DNA of 63,921 bases from Chiloscyllium plagiosum (Eukaryota). The stretch's first letter is position 1; each line of letters starts with the position of its first letter. Below are positions 53,905 to 63,921 of this stretch, one piece after another. The stretch spans positions 32,910,961-32,974,881 of the forward strand of contig NC_057720.1 in the NCBI RefSeq assembly GCF_004010195.1. The letters are read 5' to 3'. The notes beneath the pieces are model-generated. The model ran no database searches, was not told the DNA's origin, and was given only the letters and a program-made list of their open reading frames with translations. Both the position numbers and the translations under genes were made by a program.

Positions 53905-54785
53905 AGATGATACTAAGATTGGCAGAGTAGCAGATAGTGAAGGGGACTGTCAGAGAATACAGCAGAATATCAATAGATTGGAAAGTTGGATAGAGAAATG
54001 GCAGATGGAGTTCAATCCGGACAAAGGCGAGGTGATGCAATTGGGAAGAAGCAATTCAAGAGTGAACTATACAGTAAATGGAAAAGTCCTGGGGAAAGTT
54101 GATGTACAGAGATCTGAGTAATCAGGCCCATTGTTCCCTGAAGGTGGTAACACCGGTCAGTAGAGTGGTCAAGAAAACATACGGCATGCTTTCCTTCATC
54201 GGTCGGGGTATTGAGTACAAGAATTGGTAGGTCATGTTACAGTTGTATAAGACTTTGGTTTGGCCACATTTGGAATACTGCGTACTGTTCTGGTCACCAC
54301 ATTACCAAAAGGATGTGGATGCTTTGGTGAGGGTGCAGAGGAGGTTCATCAGGATGTTGCCTGGTGTGGAGGGTGCTAGGTATGAGGAGTGGTTGAGTAA
54401 TTAGGATTATTTTCATTGGAAAGAAGGGGAGACCTGTTTGAGGCCGACAAAATCATGAGGTATAGACAGGGTGGATAGCAAGAAACTTTTTCCCAGATTG
54501 GAGGACTCAATTACTAGGTGTCACAAGTTCAAATTGAGAGGGGACATATGTCTGGAAAGTTCTTTACGCAGATGCTTGGAATGCGTTGCCAGCGAAGATG
54601 GTAGGGGCAGGAACGATAGCATAATTTAAGATGTATCGAGACAGATACATGAATGGGCAAGGAACAAAGGGATACAGATCCTTAGAAAATAGGCAGCAGG
54701 TTTAGATAGAGGATCTGGATTGGCACAGGCGTGGAGGGCCGAAGGGCCTGTTCCTGTGCTGTAATGTTCTTTGTCCTCATTGTTC
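53905..54785 (+). mobile_element. CR1 LINE RT C-terminus to 3' end
   Basis: DDTKIGRVADSEGDCQRIQQNINRLESWIEKWQMEFNPDK...LYKTLVWPHLEYCVLFWSPHYQKDV, then the 3'UTR. Confidence 0.9.
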
Positions 54786-57691
54786 TAGGAAAGTCTATTT
54801 GTCATTACCTAATGTCTAATGAGATAATGAGTACTTTGGCTATGTCATCACATGACTCATTTTATTCTAACGTTTACTGTATGAATTGGCAAATGGTCGC
54901 TGAAATGGCTTCATGAAGTACAGTATTAGTTCTGAGGTCTATGTGAATGTATGTATTTTTAATTCTGTTTATTATTGGCATGAATCAAGCCTCAGTTATA
55001 TGATTCATAATTGAAGATCTTGCACTTTGGGTCTTTTCAGTAGTTCTGTTCTCAGCAACTGAAACCAGCTCCTTTATGTGATCAGTGATAGTTCTTGTGC
55101 ATTATCTTGTAGATATCAGAAGAGGGATGATACAATGGACTTCCCTAATTACTTGAAAGAAAAACTAGAGTTGAAAGAAAAACTAGAGAATATGGTTCAG
55201 TTTTGTATGACAAATCTTCATGTGAGCAAAAGGTAACCACAATGTGTCTGGAGTTGCAAGGACCAATCATAAACTTCAGTGGGAACATTTGGTTAAACAA
55301 AAGCATTTTTTCCCCATGTCAGTTGGATAAAATGAAAATAATAATTAAAAATAAAATTAGTATATTTAAATTCAAATACCCTGGCATTGCTGTAAAGCTG
55401 CTTTTTAAAAGTAAGTAATATTAGTAGGATAAGATAATCCATGGAAAGTGCTTTTTCCTAAAACTTCCTGCTGAGTGAGTATAATGTACCATTTGTTTTC
55501 AAATTTTAACATGAATACCGTTATTAAGATAGAATAAGAAAAATTAAATTTGTTTCCTTCACCCGCCAACAAAAGTAGATCCTACAGATAATGGGTTATG
55601 CTGGTGGGAGCAATGTGATCATTTTTTTGTGTATCTGTGCAAGTACATATTTCAGTAATTGAGAATTAACCACTTAACACATTTGATGTGCACTTGGCCA
55701 CAGAACAAGTTTTCCAACTGTGTGCTTCAGAGCTGTCCATTATAGCGTTTCTGAAGTAAAATTGAAAGCAAGTAATTATTTAGGAAAACAAGAAATTGCA
55801 GGGCATGTTAAATTATTAATCACATGCCTGCATTTGGCTGTAGGAAATTCCTACGCCCATGACAGCAGCTGAAAATGCAGCTGCATCAGATTCAATCCTG
55901 AGTAAGTGGTTGGAACCGAGTTAATGAGAACTTCTTGCAATAGGAAAAGGGAGACCACAAATATCTTGGCTTGGAAATGTCTGGCAGAGCCTCCTCTGTC
56001 TTTGGTGCTGCTCTTTTCTAACAGGAAAACTGCAACCTCCCCACTCAGGCCTTCTTTATAACTGCACTGGAGTCCAGTAGGCATAACAGAATTCTGGTTT
56101 GCAGCAAGATATAGGATTGTGCTACTATAAATTCATGCTGGTTAAAATGGGGTTTGAATAAATGAGTAGCCTGCTGATATTTTTTAACTACCTATCCTGT
56201 CTGATTTCCAGTAGTATTAAAATCAATACTCTGTATAGCTCATGTAGACTTTACTGTAATAGGCAGTGAGACACATTCAGCTGAACTTTACCTTTTTATA
56301 TTGCTTACAATGATATAGTGAAATATAGGTGCCCCCACACATTAAACTATATATTGGCTACCTTAACACATTTTAAGTATATTCTTTTTAACAAATAGTG
56401 AAACAAGAGCAAGCTACTCAATCCAGATTGTCACAATGCTTTTGCTAGCATTTTAGCTGCAGTTGTGTGTTTTACTGGCATTTCCTGCTCTTACACACTT
56501 CCTTTTTAAATCCTAATCTGAAACACTTTCTCAATGATATAATGTCTCTTAATAGCCATTTTGTGAAAAAGTATTACATGGATTTAGTAGTCCTTTTTTT
56601 GAAAATGTTCATCTAACTTCCTCCTTCACACTTACCTGTAGTTCATTGTTGGAGATTACTAAGTGAAAATGGTTTTCTTCCGATGATTTTCTCAAAGCAC
56701 TTGTTTAGCTTGGAAACCTAATTTTGAGATACCATTTAAGTCCTGTTGTAAATACAATTCTTTTGTAATGGTCCTTGTGAGGCAGATCTCAGTTTTTATC
56801 AGAGAAGTTAGCTTTTCTGACAATATCACTTTATTGCTCTTAAATTATACTATGCTTTGGTATGAATAAAAATTCCTGTTGTAAAAGTCATTCTGAATCT
56901 GTTCCCTTTTTGAGGCTGTTAAACATGACATTGATCTGTAAATTTATTTTACAACATTTACTGTTGAGGTGAAAGCTGTTGCCCCATTTGTTTGATAGCT
57001 AAAGTACAACAGCTTGAATAGGCAGATCTTGACAGAACCCAGACGGCACAGGTGATTGCACCAAACACATTGATTATTTAGTGATTAATCACTGAAAGGA
57101 AGGGCATTTATATGGTGCCTTTATGATCTCAGGACACCTGAACACATCTGCAAATATAGCTGAGCACTGTTGTGATGTAGCCTCAGACAGCAAGCCTCAA
57201 ATACAACAATGAGAAACCTGCCAAAAACAAATTTGACTTGGGATATATTGTTTAGTATCCATCTTCAAATTTTCTCTGTTTGACTTTCCATTCCTGAGTC
57301 TGTCATGTGATGGCCCGTTCCAGATCGAATAAAGGTTGACTTTGAATACGAAGCTATTGTGCAGTGAGGGTTTTGCAGTCCTGGGTGCATGTTGACTAAT
57401 TGCTAACACAAATAATTGTTTTTTTAATTGATTTTTTTTTTCCCAAGCAAGTTAAGTTTCAACTGCATAAATGTGGGTCTTGAGTCACATATAGACCAGA
57501 TAAAAATGGCAAATCTACTGCCCTCAGTAGCATTTGTGAATCAGATGATTTTTTTGCAACAATTGGTGGCAGTCATCATTGATGGTCCTCTTTTCAGACT
57601 CTTATAAATTTTAGTTTACGTTCTCCCACCTGCCATGGTAGGATTTGAGCCCATATCCCCAGGGCATTAGTCTGGGCTTTTGAATTATGAG

Positions 57692-57945
57692 CTGAAAATG
57701 TGTTGCTGGAAAAGCGCAGCAGGTCAGGCAGCATCCAGGGAACAGGAGAATCGACGTTTCGGGCATAAGCCCTTCTTCAGGAATTCATGAAGAAGGGCTT
57801 ATGCCCGAAATCAAGAATATTACTATGGCTTTATTTTGTTATTTGTTCTTGGGATGTGAACCTTCCTAAAACGCCAGCATTTACCTGTATTACCAGCAAC
57901 ACATTTTCAGCTCTGATCTCCAGCATCTGGAGACCTCACTTTCTC
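57692..57945. mobile_element. Zero-spacer palindromic PLE pLTR insertion with a captured segment
   Basis: Centre gaa|ttc at 57783/57784. Perfect TSD cttttgaattatgag (57677-57691 / 57946-57960). Confidence 0.9.
57748..57783 (-). ncRNA. Hammerhead ribozyme (family A), intact
   Basis: UUC-CUGAAGA-A-GGGC UUAU GCCC-GAAA-CG-UC-GAUUC. Confidence 0.8.
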
Positions 57946-58290
57946 CTTTTGAATTATGAGTCCAGTGACATTAAAATGATGTCACTGTCTCCACAAAAGC
58001 TTTTGATTGTCCTGTATTGTTGTTTTAGAGGTTCCGATCTTCTGATCTGTGGCTGTCTCTTTTTCTCATCTCAGTGATATTTGTATATCTCTCTTTTCTT
58101 TTTCATCATAGAATCCCTACAGTGCAGAAGCAGGCCATTCAGTCTATTGAGTCCAGACTGACCACACTTACCCCCACAGATATCTTCTGATTGGGAGGAT
58201 CTGTATTCATCAAGAATATTACTATGACTTTATTTTGTTATTTGTTCTTGGGATGTGAACCTTCCTAAAACGCCAGCATTTACCTGTATT
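57810..58290 (+). repeat. 82-bp direct duplication (57810-57891 = 58209-58290, 1 mismatch)
   Basis: atcaagaatattactatg(g/a)ctttattttgttatttgttcttgggatgtgaaccttcctaaaacgccagcatttacctgtatt occurs twice, 399 bp apart. Confidence 0.95.
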
Positions 58291-58804
58291 GCCCGTTCCT
58301 GGTTACCATTGAAGTGCTGTTGGTAGGCAAAAATCTACCTTGCAAAGGTAGAGATTTCCTCCTTTATCTTTCTCAAGCTATCTGTAGCCATTGACACATT
58401 TGATCACATCATCATCTTCTAATGCCTGTCCACTGTTATCCAGTCGGTTGGGATTGCTTTTGCTTGGTCCTATTCTTAGATTTTAAATTATGGCTGAATA
58501 CGACTTGCAATGTCTTCTGTTCCTGCTGCTGAAATCTGGAGTTCATGGGGTGAGAATAAGAGACAGATACAAATCAGGAGATGAGAACCTCTGTAAGCAT
58601 CAACACAAGAGATTCAAAAGCATTTGTGAAAATGGCGGCATAATCCAGAAACCCAGCTCAGGGCTCACCAAAAAACACAGCATTAATGTTCGTTCACTTG
58701 TATTAATGACATTAGCTCTACTTCAGCATCACTTGTTTCAACTCCTCAACTGTTACTAAACTACCAGACTTTTCACTTGATGTCACATGACATATTAAAT
58801 TCCA

Positions 58805-59026
58805 GAGTTAAAAATCACACAACACCAGGTTATAGTCCAACAGGTTTAATTGGAAGCACACTAGCTTTCGGAGCAACACTCCTTCATCAGGTGATTGAAT
58901 CACCTGATGAAGGAACGTCGCTCCAAAAGCTGGTGTGCTTCCAATTAAACCTGTTGGACTATAACCTGGTGTTGTGTGATTTTTAACTTTGTACACCCCA
59001 GTCCAACACCGGCATCTCCGAATCTT
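58805..59026. mobile_element. Palindromic PLE terminal-repeat insertion (family C)
   Basis: 91-bp arms at 58806-58896 and 58898-58988 with a 1-bp spacer. TSD tattaaattcca (58793-58804 / 59027-59038). Confidence 0.88.
58859..58893 (-). ncRNA. Type-I minimal hammerhead ribozyme, intact
   Basis: CAC-CUGAUGA-A-GGAG UGUUG CUCC-GAAA-GC-UA-GUG with palindromic AGCU. The + partner (58901-58935) has GAAA to AAAA and UA to UG. Confidence 0.85.
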
Positions 59027-59787
59027 TATTAAATTCCAAGAATTTAATATTTGGAAGACTAAAGCCTTTTTAGTTCAGTTCCTCCTTCAAACTCATTTTT
59101 TACCTAACTGTTCTGCAAGATGAATTTTGAGAAATAACCACCACCCTGACCCAATTAGGAAAATGGTCACAAACTTACTCAGTTCTATGTCCTGCAGGGA
59201 TTTTACTTGATAATGTTATTATATTGGGGCTTCTGTTCATCAGTGGAAGGCAACTGGAAGGCACAAAGCAGAGATACAGTCTTGGTAGATGGGTGCTCTT
59301 GATGTGCGCAGGATATAGCTCCATTCCATTCTGCCATTGCACCAACATTGGTGAAACAAAATGTCCTTCCCACTCTCTTGCCTGCCTTTCACTGTCCACA
59401 GTGTAAATTATTTTTAATCAAATGTGTTTGGGCATGTTATGACATTCATCCAGGGCAAATGGGACTTGAAACCAGACCTTCTGATCCAGAAGGAGGAGAA
59501 CTACCACTGATCAGCAAGAGCTCCTGCACCATATGTTAATGCAGTGGAGGTAGATTTAAGTCATTGAGCCTGAGGGAGGATGGACTAGTGGAAACCTTAT
59601 CCAGTCCTCTGCATTTTGGATATTAGGTCAGGAAGGCGAAAGCATTAAGATTAATTCATCTGGCATATTGTATATGCTCCGTCACATCACTCAATATGCT
59701 CTCATTAAGCAGCCATCAAATACAACGTATTCTCTCGGTAGCAACCATCTCAGATGGTACCTGCCTGTTAGCAGCTTTGGTGACCGC

Positions 59788-60100
59788 GAGCGGCACGGTG
59801 GCACAGTGGTTAGCACTGCTGACTCACAGCGCCAGAGACCCGGGTTCAATTCCCGCCTCAGGTGGAATGTGTGGAGTTTGCACATTCTCCCCGTGTCTGC
59901 ATGGGTTTCCTCCGGGTGCTCCGGTTTCCTCCCACAGTCCAGAAAAATGTGCAGGTTAGGTGAATTGGACATGCTAAATTGCCCGTAGTGTTAGGTGTAG
60001 GGGAATGGGTCTGGGTGGGTTGCGCTTCGGCGGGTTGGTGTGGACTTGTTGGGCCGAAGGGCCTGTTTCCACACTGTAAGTAATCTAATCTAAGTAATCT
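59788..60100 (+). mobile_element. HE1-type V-SINE, full length
   Basis: Same head, V-domain and tail as the 49101 copy. Confidence 0.92.
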
Positions 60101-61719
60101 GTCAGGAATGAGGTTCCAACGATACTTGCACCTTCACTAATTCCATTGTGACATCAACAAACTCTCTTCACCCCAGCATCTGCTGCAAAAAAACTCTCTC
60201 ATATTTTTATCAAGGATCTGCTTTGAGGAATTCAGATATGACTTCAGTTCCCAGAGAATTGCCACCCCGATTCCCATTTTTATTAGAGCTCCACACATTT
60301 GGCCTTTATCATCGAGGGACTGTCACTTTCACCTTATCTTGAAATTCAGCTCTTTTGTTCCTCATTGGACAAAGGCTCTAATGAGATCTGAAGCCATTAG
60401 GATCTGTCAGAATCCTGTTTAAGTACTGGTGAACAATTTATTGGTGAGTTAATGCCATGTGATAGCACAAAGAGTAAAATAGTTTGGCAATAATTAGCTA
60501 CATTATATTTATCCTGCCTTTTTTGACAGGGCACATCTGGGCAGTTTTTCTCTGTCATCTATAGCACTAGAATGCCTTGGCTTGAGGCATGGTTAGATTG
60601 GAAGAATAAACCTGGACTCAGATTGAACTGCATTGGTGGATATTATTCTAGAAATGGATTTACTCTATGCAGTCACTATTCTGCAGTGAAATATTATCCG
60701 TACACTGTTGGTATGCTACACCATTAAGTTGCATTTAGTCTCATTGCACTCTTCTACATTATGCCATTGTGGTGCCCTTGCCATGTTCTGTTAGTACCTC
60801 AGAGTGCTTTTGTGTTCTTTTTATTGTAATAATTTTTCATATTGTTTATACCATACTTGGTACAACCCAAAAACTGGGCTTTACTTGGAATTAAGTTGCG
60901 CCATGCTATCTAGACCAGCACTCAAAATAAAGACGGGGGTGGTAAGTGGATCTGCCCCAAAATGCCTCCAGTCGCCCTCATTGGAAAGCTGAGTGAACTT
61001 TGTTGAATTTATTGCATCTACAAGTTCCACAGATTATGCCAAAGATACCGTGATGTATTGAAGGCACAAATGCAGACGAAAGATGCAGTTTAAATGGAGA
61101 AGCAGTTGCAATCAAGTCTCTGAGATCGAACCTGTGAGAGGCAGCCACTCTACTCACCGTCCACTTCTCTTGCTACTGCTGAAACTCTGTCTATTTTCAA
61201 CAGAGGCTATGTTTGGAGAATCGGCAAGGTGGGAAGGAGGAAAGCTGTGTTTGGAAGAGCCTGCGCACCTACATGGGAGTAATAGGAGAGAGAGAGAGAA
61301 GGAGGCCAAGATTCGAATAGATCCAGTAAGGTGAAGAGGCTTTGACTGTGAGAGAGAGGAGGGAGGAGAAGGAGGTTCAAGCGTGCGAGAGTATGTGGGC
61401 AAAAGGCAGTATAGTTCACTTGCGCATCTACACTTTTATTCTTTTTGATTTTTATACTTATAATGTGCCAACTCACTTTAAAAAAAACTTTTATTTTCCT
61501 TTCCAACCCCCCCCCCCCCACCCCCAAAGCCGGTTTTCAAGTTTATTAACTACTACTGGAAGAATAACCAAACAAGAAATAAAGCTAACTAAATCTGTTG
61601 CAATGATTTTCTTCCACTTTTATGTTCCTACAATAAATTGCTTTAAGAATAAAGTTTAAAGTAGACAGCTCTGGGGTAAAGGGAGAAAAAATGTCATAGG
61701 GGAAATTCAGGTTTTTTTT

Positions 61720-61915
61720 TCAAACAGAAATACAAAGTGCTGGAGCAACTCAGCTGGTCTGACAGCATTTGTGGAACGAAACCATCTTTGCTCCCTGCCA
61801 TCAGTTCCAAAGAAGAGTTGACTCTGCTTTTTCTCTATGATACTGCCAGACCTGCTAAGTTTCTCCAGCAATTTCTACTTTTGTTTCAGATTCCCAGCAT
61901 CCACAGTTTTTTTTT
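61720..61915. mobile_element. Old inverted PLE pLTR remnant
   Basis: tgctggagcaactcagctggtctgacagca ... tgccagacctgctaagtttctccagca inverted pair. Confidence 0.6.
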
Positions 61916-62989
61916 CCACTTTTTTTGTTGCCCTCAGAAATTTCTTTAAACATGTAGAAATGTCTGTCTGCATGCAAGTTTTTCTTTTCGATTGCTGATG
62001 TGCTTTTCTTTTAAATTGATGAATGAGAAAACTTGGAGCCCAGTTATTTCTGAAGTGCCCAACCTCCCTGGGTTGAGTTTGCTTTAACACATCAAGTGGA
62101 GAAGGAAGATAAAGTAGGTATATGAGTAGGTTGTAGGGAGGTGTTAAAGGAAGGACGGATGCCTAATGGTTGGATTATTGGCTGCCTTCCCATCACAAAG
62201 TTTCTTGTTTCTTTAATGTACTTTAATGGATGCCTGGAGCAGGAATTTGCTAACACTCTTTGAGAGCAGTTTATTTCTTGCTAAAATCTTTGGATCTAAA
62301 GAGCTTTGAAAACCAAGAAATAACCCCCTAAAATCATAACATAGTTCCTGAAAGTCAAAGTGAGCCCTCAAAGAAAATATGACTTTGACCTTTGACTGAG
62401 ATGTGTATTTTTTTTTAAGTTTTCTTTAACACAAACTTAAAATAACAACAGGCCATGGCTTGTTTGTCATCCTTTCTGGTCTGTGGGATTTCAACATCAT
62501 ATCTGTTGCTGTTAGATAAATGAGGCTTTGTGTCCAAATAGTTGTCTTTAGAGCCAGAAGATTTTCATAATCCCCATATTTCTACTAGTACTTATTGTGC
62601 AAAATTTGAAAAGTGAAAAATCAAACAACAGGGATTCCAAGTTAAGTTCTCAGATATAGGTGTTTCTTGTAAGGCCAAATTTATTTCTAATCACTTGTTA
62701 CTGTGAGAGGGTCCTGGTGAGACTTCTGCTTAAACTATTGGAGTGCTTTGCGTGTTGGTGTTTGGTAGGAGATTCCAGCAATCTGACCTCCAGAAAAGAT
62801 GAAGAAATGGTTATAATAGATGATGTGTGTCTTTGAAGCGACCTTAGAGTTGCTTGCATTCTCATTATACTACTGCCCTTGTCTTCCTTGGTGATATATT
62901 CCACAGAACCTGAAGGTACAGCCAGAGTAAGCGTGAGTTGCTGCCGCAGTGCATCTGTAATGGTGAAAGTTGTTTATTAAGAAAAGAGT

Positions 62990-63130
62990 AACCAGAGAGG
63001 GAATAGAGCCCCTTAAAGATCAAGAAGGCTGTCTATGTGGAGCAGGAGATGGGTGAGATTCTAAATGATTATTTTGCACTGTTATTTACTGTGGAGAAGG
63101 ATATAGAAGCTAGAGAACCTGGAGAAATAA
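62990..63130 (+). mobile_element. CR1 ORF2 fragment
   Basis: PLKDQEG..EMGEILNDYFALLFTVEKDIEA. Confidence 0.7.
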
Positions 63131-63131
63131 A

Positions 63132-63921
63132 CCAAAAGAGAAAATGCTGGAAAATCTCAACAGGTCTGGCAGCATCTGTAAGGAGAGAAAAGAGCTGATG
63201 TTTTGAGTCTTAACTGACCCTTTGTCAAAGCTAAAAAAAGGGAGAAATAGGGAGGTATTTATATTAGGCTGAGAGAAGGTCCCAAACATTCATTTCAGAT
63301 TAAGCGGCGTTTCACTTGTACCTCTTTCAATTTGGCCTATTGCATTCGTTGCTCCCAATGTGGTCTCCTCTATATTGGAGAGATAAAACGCCGACTGGGT
63401 GATTGCTTTGCTGAGCACCTTCGGTCTGTACGCAATCAGGTCCCGGACCTTCCCATGGCTTGCCACTTCAACACACAATCCTGTTCCCATGCCCACATGT
63501 CTGTCCTTGGCCTGCTGCAATGTTCCAGTGAAGCTCAACGCAAACTGGAGGAACAGCATCTTCTCTTCCGACTAGGCACATTACAGCCTGCCAATCTCAA
63601 CATTGAATTCAACAACTTCAGATGATTATCCCATCTCGACCCCTCTGTTTTCATTCTGCTCCATAATTTTATTTAATTTATTTTTTAAAATATTTTTTTC
63701 ACTGCTCTGTACCTCGTATTTTTTGATTGTCTCTTTCTCTTGCTCCCCACTCTCTCATCACCTTTTCCTCTCTTCTTCCCCCTTTGCTACCCTTCTCCCC
63801 TGTTTTCCATTTTGCCTCTGCTTCACCCATTTCCCCCCCCACCATCCCCCACATATTTTGTCACATAGCACCGGCTTCAGCCTTGGTCATTCACAGCTCC
63901 TAATCTCCCTATAATCCCTCT
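63132..63921. mobile_element. PLE: inverted pLTR piece (63132-63280, -) plus GIY-YIG endonuclease 3' part (+), runs off the window
   Basis: LAYCIRCSQCGLLYIGEIKRRLGDCFAEHLRSV...CHFN...EEQHLLFRLGTLQPANLNIEFN. The window end ctaatctccctataatccctc is roughly complementary to 63248-63270. Confidence 0.88.

Larger units (their letters stand above)
57450..57992 (-). mobile_element. tRNA-derived SINE (family 2) interrupted by a PLE
   Basis: ccacctgccatggtaggatttgagccc..gggcattagtctgggc | tccagtgacatt. Confidence 0.65.

Noticed and set aside
56325-56345. tatAG|GTGCCCCC as the next ZSWIM5 exon (expected GAPDPTAG)
   Set aside because: It reads GAPTH then stop, and there is no polypyrimidine tract.

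Overview
This is vertebrate genomic DNA, most likely from a shark, judged from HE1/V-SINEs, shark-type CR1 LINEs and DeuSINE-like repeats. It is not prokaryotic. The only supportable host coding sequence is one 357-bp exon (46033-46389, +) encoding the SWIM zinc-finger region of a ZSWIM4/5/6-family gene, best matching ZSWIM5 exon 2. The rest appears to be intron (>46 kb upstream, >17 kb downstream) packed with retroelements: CR1, L2, a second CR1/L2-clade family, several SINE families, TA-flanked MITEs and a 396-N assembly gap. Almost all ORF-track entries are spurious or transposon remnants. The most interesting structures are: (1) at least three families of Penelope-like elements (PLEs) carrying minimal type-I hammerhead ribozymes, many inserted as inverted palindromes with 12-16 bp target-site duplications (TSDs), where the ribozyme on the ZSWIM5 sense strand is the more damaged copy in all 5 pairs; (2) a complete, TSD-flanked, polyadenylated L1 with ORF1 but no ORF2 (HAL1-like); (3) an 82-bp templated insertion of nearby DNA replacing a ribozyme cleavage site inside a zero-spacer palindrome; (4) a CR1>MITE>PLE triple nesting; (5) a candidate antisense exon at 61158-61345. 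Family names come from recognising motifs by eye, with no database search, and boundaries of old repeats are approximate.
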